From: the human T2T-CHM13v2.0 reference genome, Homo sapiens
Assembly (NCBI RefSeq): GCF_009914755.1
Contig: NC_060936.1
Reading direction: 5' to 3' (one strand)
Length of the DNA: 64,000 nucleotides
Shown: positions 37,985-64,000 of the stretch, one piece after another
How positions within the stretch are numbered: position 1 is the first letter of the stretch
Layout: each line of letters begins with the position of its first letter
Notes under the pieces: generated by a model
Told to the model about the DNA's origin: nothing
The model's database searches: none
Seen by the model: only the letters and a program-made list of their open reading frames with translations
Program-made: the position numbers and the translations under genes

Positions 37985-38643
37985 GCAGGGCAAGTCTGAA
38001 TTGCTCCTTCACCGTAGTGAACTGCAGGTTGGGCAATAATGAGTGCCACGAGCCAAGTCGCAGCAAGCGTAGTTTCAGGCTCCCTCCCCCAGCACTCACT
38101 CGGCTGAGGAGGAGGTGGCCATCGTGCTTTTAACCCCAACAGCCCTGATGGTTCTGGACTTTTTCCTTTTAATTTTAATGTTTCAGGATATATTACCTCC
38201 TGTAATTGATTGTAGTCAACATTTTGCGTTGACCGAGCCATTACTGGCTCTGCTACATTTTTACCATGTGAACTTTCTGTTCCTTTCTTGAACTCTGTTT
38301 CTGCCTCTTCACAATCTATTACACAGCTTTCAGGGGCATCAGAAACTGAAACTCTAACTTCTTCTGTTTGAAATGGTTCTAAAGTTGCTTTAATAATAGC
38401 CCAATCATTCCATACTGCACGTGGGATGATTTTACCTTCCCTAGTTGCTTGTTTTAATTCTTTGCCAATTTTTTCCCAATCTTTTAAATCTAAAGTTCCC
38501 TGTTCTGGAAACCATGGGCAGAATTGTTCTATTGTTTGAAATAGCGTAATTAGATTTTCTGTAGAAGCTTTAACTCCCCCTCTTCTTAAGAGAATTTTAA
38601 TGAAGCTGAGATAAGAGGCATATTTACTTGCAGTTTGCCCCAT
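37985..38643 (-). pseudogene. gag: HML-2 gag 5' part (MA and p15); CA, NC and pro deleted
   Basis: ATG at 38643: MGQTASKYASYLSFIKILLRRGGVK...QFCPWFPEQGTLDLKDW...QNVDYNQLQEVIYPETLKL. Confidence 0.92.
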
Positions 38644-38767
38644 TGTTACCCTGGATTCCTCCGAGCGCACAAGCTTACCGCAAGGCTGACTGTGGATGTA
38701 CTTGGGAATCTCTCGTCGGCTGTCCTCAATGCTCACGTTCTTAGCATACCTTCACCCTAGAGAAAGG

Positions 38768-38785
38768 CCCCCACATCGGGCGCCA
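38768..38785 (-). promoter_or_regulatory. Primer-binding site complementary to tRNA-Lys
   Basis: TGGCGCCCGATGTGGGGG two bases after the 5' LTR, versus TGGCGCCCAACGTGGGGC. Confidence 0.88.
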
Positions 38786-38787
38786 GA

Positions 38788-39794
38788 TGAAGGGGTGGCC
38801 TGCCCCTCCACACCTGTGGGTATTTCTAGTCGGGTGGGATGAGAGACTGAGAAAAGAAAGAAGACACAGAGACAAAGTATAGAGAAACAACAGTGGGCCC
38901 AGGGGACCGGCATCAGCATACCAAGGACCTGCACCAGCACCGGCCTCTGAGTTCCCTCAGTTTTTATTATTATTTTCATTATTTCAGCAAAAAGGAATGT
39001 AGTAGGAGAGCAGGGTGATAATAAGGAGAAGGTCAGCAAAAAACATGTGAGCAAAAGAATCTATATCATAATTAGGTTTAAGGGAAGGTACTATGCCTAG
39101 ATGTGCACGTAATCCAGGTTTATGTTTCTCTCCACCCAAACATCTCAGCGGAGTAAAGAATAACAAGGCAGCATTACTGCAAACATATCTCGCCTCCCAC
39201 CATAGGGCGGTTTTGCTACTATCTCAGAATTGAACAAATGTACAATCGGGTTTTATACCGAGACATTCAGTTCCCAGGGGCAGACAGGAGACAGTGGCCT
39301 TCCTCTATCTCAACTGCAAGAGGCTTTCCTCTTTTACCAGTCCACCTCAGCACAGACCCTTTATGGGTGTCGGGCTGGGGGATGGTCAGGTCTTTCTCAT
39401 CCCACGAGGCCATATTTCAGACTATCACATGGGGAGAAACCTTGGACAATACCCCGCTTCCAAGGGCAGAGGTCCCTGTGGCTTTCTGCAGTGCATGTGC
39501 CCCTGGTTTATTGAGACTAGAGAATGGCGATGACTTTTACCAAGTATACTGCTTGTAAACATTTTGTTAACAAGGCACGTCCTGCACAGCCCTAGATCCC
39601 TTAAACATTGATTTTATACAACACGTTTTTGTGAGCTCCAGGTTGGGTCAAAGTGGCTGGGGAAAGCTACAAATTAACAACATCTCAGCAAAGCAATTGT
39701 TTAAAGTACAGGTCTTTTTCAAAATGGAGTCTCTTATGTCTTCCCTTTCTACATAGGTACAGTGACAGTCTGATCTCCCTCTCTTTTCCGTACA
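38788..39794 (-). repeat. HERV-K 5' LTR (1007 bp)
   Basis: Direct repeat of 33853-34861 with about 25 differences counted by eye. Confidence 0.95.
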
Positions 39795-40677
39795 ATTTAC
39801 ATTTTTTCTAATATATTAATTCAATGCTATAAATTTTCCTTTAAGCACTGCTTTCACTGCATCCCACTGATTATCCCACTGAAATAAGTTGTATTTTCAT
39901 TTTCATTTAGTTCAACATATTTTTAAGTTTCAGATTTCTTGTTTGTGTTACTTAGAAGTGTGTTGTTCAATATCCATGTGTTTTGAGATTTTCCTTTTAA
40001 TCTTTCTGTTACTGATTTCTGGTTTCATTCCATTGTGGTCTGACAGCACATATTATATGATTTCTATTCTTTGAAATTTGTTAAGATGTGTGTTATGACT
40101 AAGAATTGCGTCTATCTTCGTGAATGTCTTGGGAATTGGAGATGAATGTGTAATCTGTTGAATGAAGTAGTCTACTGATATCAGTTGATTGATGGTGCTG
40201 TTAAGTTCAGCTGTGTTCTTAACGATTTTCTGCCTGCTGGATCTGTCCAGTTCTGAAAGAGGGGTGTTGAAGTCCCCAAGTGTAATAGTGCATTCATCTG
40301 TTTCTCCTTGCTGTTTTATCAGGCTCTGCCTAATGTATTTTGATGGTTTGTTGTTAGGCACATGCACACTAAGGATTTTTATGATTTCTTTCTTGGAGTA
40401 TTGACTCCTTTATCATTATGCAATGCTCTTCTTTAACCTTGCTCTGAAGTCTGCTGTGTCTGAAATTAATTTAGCTACGTCTCTTTCTTTTGATAAGTGT
40501 TAGTATGGTATACCTTTCTGTACTCACTTATTCTAAATCTATATGCATCTTCATATTTAAACTAGGTTTCTTGTACACAACATATAGTTGGGTCTTGTTT
40601 TGTGATGCACTCTGACAATGTCTTAAGTTAGTGTATTTAGACTGTTGACCTTCATTTTTAAAATTTATTTAATTTTT

Positions 40678-43010
<2,333 letters not shown>

Positions 43011-43332
43011 TAAAATATTTATTTTACTTTTACTTATTTCTTCTTAAATGCTATTCCTTTCTTCATGTAGGTCTGAGTTTCTGACCTGTATCATTTTCCA
43101 CCTCTCTGAAGAACTTCTTTCAACATTTCTTGCAGGGCAGGTGTACTGGCAACAAATTCCTTAAAAAAACTTTTATTTTTCTAAGAGAGTAATTTCTCCT
43201 TCACTTTTGAAGGATAATCTCACAGGCTACAGAATTGTGGGCTTGAGAGTTTTTTTTTTTTCTCTCAGCACTTCAAATATTTCACTCCACTCTCCTTGTT
43301 CTTTTTCTTGGTTTCTGAGAAGATCTGATGTA

Positions 43333-44343
<1,011 letters not shown>

Positions 44344-44628
44344 TAATTCCCAGCCTTGTTCCTTTATAGGTAAGGTTTTTTTCCTTTGACTTCTTTTTTC
44401 TTTGTATTTGATTTTCTGAAATTGGAATATAATATACCTAATTGTAGGGGTTTTTGTGAGGGGCGAGAGGGCACTTACCTTGCTTGGTGTTCTCTGTGTT
44501 TCCTCCATCTGTGGTTTGGTTTATGACATTAATTTGGGGAAATTCTCCGTCATTATTTCCTCAAAGACTGCTTCTGTTCTTCCTTCTTTTTTAGTATTTC
44601 TGTTATGCGTATATTACATCATTTGTAG

Positions 44629-47966
<3,338 letters not shown>

Positions 47967-48825
47967 AAGAGTATGAATGTATTTTTAAGGAGACACTTCA
48001 TATTATTTCAAAATTCTGTTCCAATTTAAAAATGATGAAGTCCCTCGTTAAAATTCAGCATGGAGAAAATTAGGGCTTATATTTGTCAAACACATTTGAT
48101 ATTAAGACACTTTATTTTTCTGTCCAACTTTCATTTTAGGTTAAAGGTTACTCATGTTACATGAGCAAATTGTGTGTCATGGGGGTTTGGTGTGCAGATA
48201 ATTTTGTCACCCAGGTAATCAGCATAATGCCCAATAGTCAGGTTTTTAATCCTTACCCTCCTCCCACATTCCACCCTCAAATAGGTCCCAGAAAAGACAT
48301 AATTATACCAAATATGAGCTTCATACTAGTTCAGAAGGTAGAGTTGGAGGATCATAGGCAAGTTTTCAGAGAAACCGCTTTTTTTTTCATTTAGATTATT
48401 ATAAGATGTTCCAGAGGCACTAAGTGAACAGAATCTAATGTCTTTGTGCAATCTGACGAACACTTAGTGTTTAGTAGCAGCATTATGAAATTGCCATTTT
48501 TAGATAATTCTGGCAGTAAATACCGTTTAAATGGTGGTGAAGAAGACTAGCAACCTATCCTTCACAAATATTTCCTGATAGCTCTATTTTCCCTGCTCTT
48601 TCAATTACTTACGTTTACACTTTCTCTTTATTTACCTATATGTCTATCTCTGTTTGATCTTTTCTGAAGTTCTGGGCATACTACTCAGATTTCAGTCACA
48701 GCTGTGAAAGCTGCTATTGATAAGATTTTTTGAAACTTCATTCTGTTGCTAAAGAAGGGAGAAATGGCCTTATTTTATTCAATACAGGAAAAAGAAACAT
48801 TCACTTTTTTTTTGGTATCTTTCAG

Positions 48826-49967
48826 TTTCAGAGTCAAGTGGTGAGATCAAAGACTTTTCACCAAAAAATGTCATTTATGATGACTCATCCCAGTATTTGA
48901 TCATGGAAAGAATTCTAAGTCAAGGCCCTGTGTATTCCAGTTTTAAAGGAGGCTGGAAATGCAAGGATCATACTGAGATGCTGCAAGAAAATCAGGGATG
49001 TATTAGGAAAGTAACAGTCTCTCATCAAGAAGCCCTGGCTCAACATATGAATATCAGTACTGTGGAGAGGCCCTATGGATGCCATGAATGTGGAAAAACT
49101 TTTGGTCGACGCTTTTCCCTGGTGTTACACCAGAGGACTCATACTGGAGAGAAACCATATGCATGTAAGGAATGTGGCAAAACCTTTAGCCAGATTTCAA
49201 ACCTTGTGAAACACCAAATGATACATACTGGAAAGAAACCCCATGAGTGTAAGGACTGTAATAAAACATTCAGTTACCTTTCATTTCTTATTGAACACCA
49301 GAGAACGCACACTGGGGAGAAACCTTATGAATGTACTGAGTGTGGAAAGGCCTTTAGCCGTGCCTCCAACCTCACTCGACATCAAAGAATTCACATAGGA
49401 AAGAAACAATATATATGTAGGAAATGTGGTAAAGCATTTAGCAGTGGCTCAGAACTCATTCGCCACCAGATTACACATACTGGAGAGAAACCTTATGAAT
49501 GCATTGAATGTGGGAAGGCATTTCGCCGTTTCTCACACCTTACTCGACATCAGAGCATCCATACAACCAAAACCCCGTATGAATGTAATGAATGTAGGAA
49601 AGCTTTCCGTTGTCACTCATTCCTTATTAAACATCAGAGAATTCATGCTGGAGAAAAGCTCTATGAATGTGATGAATGTGGTAAAGTTTTCACTTGGCAT
49701 GCATCCCTTATTCAACATACGAAGAGTCACACTGGAGAGAAACCCTATGCGTGTGCTGAATGTGATAAAGCCTTCAGCCGGAGCTTTTCCCTCATTCTAC
49801 ATCAGAGAACTCATACTGGAGAGAAACCCTATGTATGTAAGGTATGCAACAAATCCTTCAGCTGGAGCTCAAACCTTGCTAAACATCAGAGGACACACAC
49901 TCTTGACAACCCCTATGAATATGAAAATTCATTTAATTACCACTCATTCCTTACTGAACACCAGTGA
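48826..49967 (+). CDS. ZNF140: ZNF140 zinc-finger exon (10 C2H2 fingers plus a degenerate 11th)
   Basis: ttttggtatctttcag|TTTCAGAG at 48825/48826, phase 1 (V-S-E-S-S-G); TGA at 49965-49967. 9+127+96+1142 = 1374 nt = 457 aa plus stop. Confidence 0.96.
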
Positions 49968-50719
49968 ATTTACACTGCAAAGAAAAACTATGAATGTATG
50001 GAATTTTTTAAAAAGAAGTATAATGCCTTACTTCAGAGAACTCTTGGAAAGAAGCCTTATGTGAAAGTGATGACTGTGAAGTAATATGGCCCACACTTTA
50101 TTCACCACCCTGGAGAAAAAAAAACCCAGGAATATGTGGAAAAGCCATTAATAACCACTCTTTTATTTTTTTGCAATAACAAGGTGAAATCAATATTGTT
50201 GAGAAGATTCTTCCATCTGGTAATGTTGAGAAGACTTCATTTGGTAGGAGTCCCTTACTTTACGTGTGTAAATTCCTACCAGGAAAGAATACATATCCAA
50301 TAGATTGGAGAAAGCCAGAGATTAGCCCTCATTCCGCATCTGTCAACCAGGACAGAAAGCATGGACAAGGGATGAGCTTTACAAAGATGATGCACTTTGG
50401 AGATCAGAAAATTCATATTTAAGCAAAGTGATACAAACACAGTGATTTGGGAATGCCTTCATTTACAATGCAATACTTACATTTTAATACTCTTGTAGGA
50501 GAAAAAGCAACTGTATAAATGAATGTAGAGTGACTTTCTGCAATATTTCAAACCTATATCAGAGAATTACACTGTGGGAAAACTACCATTGTAATAAGTG
50601 TAGCAAAATCTCCTTAGATATCTGAAAAGTCATACTGGATGGAATCTGTAGGAAACGGTTCTATTTTGAGGGAAGGGGGATTCCTTTTTGTTTTTTAAGT
50701 GAATTCAGAAAATGTTATA

Positions 50720-50818
50720 AATAAATCTTTTGGTTTATTATAAACCTTCTGCTTGCTGATTTTTTCCCACAGCATGTGATTCTGAAAATGTAACTACAAT
50801 ATTGACATAAAAAATAAA
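50720..50818 (+). terminator. Candidate ZNF140 polyadenylation signals
   Basis: AATAAA at 50720-50725 and 50813-50818, each followed by T/GT-rich sequence. Confidence 0.55.
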
Positions 50819-51473
50819 CAGTAGTTTTTCTTGTTGAAACATACAAACATAACAAAGTGTTTTTAGGTGTTTTATGATTTTAACTTTCAGACAGAGTTTG
50901 GATTTAAGGTAATGCTGACAGTTATCCTTGAATCTGACTATAGACATTTGTTATTCAGTGTGAAACAAATATAAGATACATCACAGAAAATTACCAAGGT
51001 ATTCTTCCTGTTTTGTTCCATGTACGGTGAAAACCGTTCTTTTGTAAGCAGGTATTTAAAACTGTTCTGGCATTACCACCTGCCCAGCTGACAAAGGTCA
51101 CACCATCAGGGTTAGTTTGCCTTAATCAGGAAGGTAAGCAATTTTATTTTGTAGAAAGAGAGGTAGAGAATATGAATAGGAATGAATTTAGTGAGCATTA
51201 ATGTAATGGCTGCATTGAGGGCACATTTGTAGGAGGTGTTATTAGATAAATATAAGTAATTTTGTAAGAGGTGAAATTTATAAAAGTTTTAGCCCAAAAA
51301 CACCTTATTTACATGTACTAGAGTTCTAAATACATTATCAGAAGTGTATTTCCTCAAACCTGCCATTGGCATGCCATATTGGTACATACATTTAGAAGCT
51401 TCTCAAGTTTCCATAAGAGTTGTTTCAGAGAGGCTGATTTATCTTACAATAGTGTACAGTCTGACTCGAATAC

Positions 51474-51629
51474 AAGCAGCATGCCTTACTACGTATGGGT
51501 ATCTAATATCTGATTTGATTTTCTCAAGCAGCATGCCTTATTACATATGGGTATTTAATATCTGATTTGGTGTCCTCAAGCAGCATGCCTTATTACATAT
51601 GGGTATCTAGTATCTGATTTGGTTTTCTC
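51474..51629. repeat. 52-bp tandem repeat, 3 copies
   Basis: Unit AAGCAGCATGCCTTATTACATATGGGTATCTAATATCTGATTTGGTTTTCTC. Confidence 0.92.
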
Positions 51630-51804
51630 AGGCAGGAATGGTTTGTATCAGGGTAAAAATCAAGTTACCCTGTCAGCAAAATTAGGATATGAAAAATTCA
51701 TTATTTATTTATTTAAGAGTATACTCAATTTCTCCCATTATCTGCTCCACATCCACTTTCCTTCCTACTGTTTACTCTGTGGGGATGCACCTCATGAACT
51801 ATAT

Positions 51805-51954
51805 CAGAGGTCATCAAGCTACAGCCCATGGGCCAGGTATTCATTTACATAGTCTATGGCTCCTTACCTCTATAACTGAAGAGTTTAATATACAGCCATA
51901 AAGGTTAAACATTTACTATCTAGCCCTTTACAGAAAAACTTGGCCAACCCCTGA
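51805..51954. mobile_element. MER58-like hAT MITE
   Basis: ...TTTACTATCTAGCCCTTTACAGAAAAACTTGGCCAACCCCTG terminus. Confidence 0.65.
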
Positions 51955-52259
51955 CTACATCAAATCTTTGCCCTCTAGTTTTTGTTGAGTGCAGCCAACA
52001 TTGAGAACGTTTACTTTGGAGCAATCTCCAATTAACCAAAGTGATACAAACACAGTGATTTGGGAATGCCTTCAATTACAATGCAATACTTAAATTTTAA
52101 TACTCTTGTAGGAGAAAAAGCAACTGTATAAATGAATGTAGAGTGAATTTCTGCAATATTTCAAACCTATATCAGAGAATTACACTGTGGGAAAACTACC
52201 ATTGTAATAAGTGTAGCAAAATCTTCTTAGATATCTGAAAAGTCATACTGGATGGAATC

Positions 52260-52417
52260 CAGTGTCCAATCTTTTGGCATCCCTGGGCCACATTGGAAGA
52301 ATTGTCTTGGGCCACATATAAAATACGTGAACACTAATGATAGCTATCAGTTATTGTGGCTCAAGAAAATTCTTCTTCTGGTGTAGCCCAGGGAAGCCAA
52401 AAGATTGGACACCTCTG
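52260..52417. mobile_element. MER30-like hAT MITE
   Basis: Long inverted termini GTGTCCAATCTTTTGGCATCCCTGGGC / GCCCAGGGAAGCCAAAAGATTGGACAC. Confidence 0.8.
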
Positions 52418-53110
52418 CTTTAGAGGGAGATGTAACTATCAATGAATTATTATGTTCATTTTTTCCCTTAGCCAGAGAAAGGCCAAAAGACATTCCCGTC
52501 AGGGTATTAAGAAATACATTGGTGAGGAGTTTACCACCATCCTTGGACAACTCTGTGGTACCCACCCTCTCTAGACTGTAGATGATGCAGAACTTCTATA
52601 ATGAAAGTAAGATCCCAATTTCAGTAGAGATCATAGGATCTTGGCATGGGAGGGGTTGGGTAAAATCTGCACAAGAGTCCAAGGGATGCACTGTTAATGA
52701 GAATTTTAACCATATAGGTGGCAATGGCTAAATGATCATAGGGTTCCTAGAAATAAATTGATAGCCCACAAACATACTACTTGACATATGGTTGAAGCCA
52801 GTTCACTTAAATATTCTCAAGTTCACTTAAATATTCTCAACTAAGGGAGAGGCAGGTCCCTTTAAGAAAAACTATTGCAGTGGGGGACGGGGGGCTCATA
52901 TGTACACTGTGAAAAACTGCTAACCTCTTTTCATACTGAGCTAAAATATCCTTCAGAAATAAAGATGTTTCAGAATAAAAATAGAGGAAATTTACGGTAG
53001 CATTCTTATGCTAAAAGAAATAATTTTTCAGGCAGTATGAAATGATCTTAGAAACTTGGAAATGCAGAAATAAATAACACTGGAGGGGTAAATATGTTGA
53101 TAAATACAAG

Positions 53111-53462
<352 letters not shown>

Positions 53463-53979
53463 ATATAAATATTTACTTTCATAACAATATCTGGTGGATT
53501 ATAAAATACACCGAAGTAAATAGCACGACAATAGCACAAGAAAGGAGGGAGACGTTTAAAAGATGAGTCTAGGAATATTGCAAAAGTAGTAAAAGTATTA
53601 ATTTGGCTCTCATGATCTGGGGACTGGTTAAGTGTGTTCTATTTGGGGAAATTCATAAAGCTGCATGCCTTTATGTATTATTCTTCAGGAAAAAAAAGTT
53701 TTTTAAAAGAAGTCTCCCAAAAGGTTATTAAAACTAATCTTCAGCATTGGAAAAAGAAGTTACTATGAATGCAGAAAGGCGACAGAACAACAGATGCAAT
53801 CAATATTAGTAAAGAATAGTCATGGGAGAATGACCACAATTCTGTATTTTCTTGGAAAGCAACAATCAAATGCTTTGGGAGACTTAAGATACTCACAAAT
53901 AGGTAAAGCTGGGTTAACTTTTGTTGCTGTGATGTGCCCAAAAGAATTTTCTATCATACATCAATGTATGTAAGGCAGG

Positions 53980-58825
<4,846 letters not shown>

Positions 58826-59094
58826 TTAAGGCAGTAGAATCCAGGGTTTCCTTCTGTGTAGGGCAGAAGTTATTTACATTGTTTTCTCCTATGCATGTAT
58901 TAGTTTTATTATTAAAAACCACAAAGTTTTTGTTTTGTTTTGTTTTGTTTTTTAATAGGATACCATGGCAGCTGCATAGAAAACATACTAAAGGAAAGTA
59001 TGATTCAAGTCAGAGAAACCAGTTAGGAGGCTATTGCAATAAAATCCAGGTGAGATGCTGGGCGAGACTGTGCCTGAGTCTACCTCCTGGTGTA

Positions 59095-59311
59095 CAGGAT
59101 GAGTATTCCTTATTCAAAACACTTGGGACCAGAACTGTTTTGGATTTTGGAATATTTGCATTATACCTACTAGTTGAGCATCACAAATCTGAAAATCCAA
59201 AATTTTAAATGCTCCAATGAGCATTTCTTTTGAAAGTCACATCGGCGCACAAGGTTTCAGGTTTTGGAGCATTCTGAATTTCAGATTTTCAGATTTGAGA
59301 TGCTCAATCTG
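59095..59311. mobile_element. Tigger4/MER46-like MITE
   Basis: TA|CAGGATGAGTATTCCTTATTCAAAA...TTTGAGATGCTCAATCTG inverted termini. Confidence 0.72.
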
Positions 59312-59394
59312 TTCCAAGATCACTGGGCCAAAATTAGAGTGTAAATTCCAGTCCTAACCAAGCAAAGTACAATCCCTTGCTGAGTACTCCTTAA

Positions 59395-62932
<3,538 letters not shown>

Positions 62933-63599
62933 CTATTTAAAGATTTCTTTGAGGAACAGGGATCTCTTTCTTCTACTTCATCCCTTGGCTACAGCTGTCA
63001 TTTTCATGATCACAAGATAGCTCTTTCAGCAGCTTCAGGAATGGCCAATTCATAGGGACAAAGATGAAGTGCAAAAAGTAGAGGACAAGATAGATAGTTC
63101 TGATCCCAGTGATATGTCTATTTTTGAATCAGCAAGAATGAATGATATGGCTACCCTTAGCTACAAGAAGTCAAAGAAGCGTTCTATAACCAGAGACCTT
63201 ATTGTTCTTGGCTAAGATGGAATTCATTAGTAAGGAAAGATGAGCTCAAATGTTTGGTTGGCTGCTAGCAATACCAGTCTCACTGGGCCAGAAAACAACT
63301 TTTATAAAAACACCAACAAAGCAGTAAAATATAGTCCAGATTCTCTGAACACAATGGAATTAACCTAGAAACCAACAATAAAAAGATAACTGAAAATATA
63401 CCTACCTCACATATTAAAAATACCTAATTCTAAACAGCCATGGATCAAAAAAAGTCATAATTAGTATTTACAGAAAATGTTATATTAAAAAAAGAGCCAT
63501 TTGTAACCTTAAATCGTTCTTTTAGAGAACAAAGACTGAGACAAGGAGCTTGGAATCCACCTTAAGACAATGAAAACAGCAATTCCACATTCATAACAC

Positions 63600-64000
<401 letters not shown>

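Larger units (their letters stand above)
50424..52259 (+). repeat. 223-bp dispersed direct duplication (50424-50646 and 52037-52259)
   Basis: CAAAGTGATACAAACAC...CATACTGGATGGAATC in both copies; 4 substitutions and no indels by manual alignment. Confidence 0.93.

Noticed and set aside
38644-38736. In-frame N-terminal extension of gag in the ORF track
   Set aside because: It begins at GTG and spans the leader and major splice donor; the real gag start is the ATG at 38643.

Overview
Primate (very probably human) genomic DNA from a KRAB zinc-finger gene cluster. From the protein sequences I recognise chr12q24.33: the final zinc-finger exon of ZNF84 (+, 19 C2H2 fingers), the complete ZNF140 gene (+, four coding exons that splice to a 457-aa KRAB-A/B plus 10-finger protein) and the 3' end of a convergent C2H2 gene, probably ZNF891 (-). 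ZNF140's last intron contains an antisense, internally deleted HERV-K (HML-2, LTR5B-like) provirus of about 5.9 kb. It has both LTRs and a 5-bp TSD and is nested in an old LINE-1. The same intron holds a Y3 RNA retropseudogene with a 13-bp TSD. The rest is dense interspersed repeat: dozens of Alus, L1/L2, ERVL/LTR16, THE1, MER41 and DNA-transposon MITEs. Most short ORFs in the track are Alu, LTR or alternative-frame artefacts. I found no convincing new biological system. The best second-look signals are a higher-order tandem array of about 12 ZNF143/THAP11-type motifs forming the ZNF140 promoter, the cis-complete but coding-gutted provirus with an unexplained GA-rich linker and patchy LTR divergence, period-8 finger duplications in both ZNF84 and ZNF140, and a recent 223-bp dispersed duplication of fossil-finger 3' UTR. 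Repeat family names are from memory of consensus sequences, and repeat boundaries are approximate.
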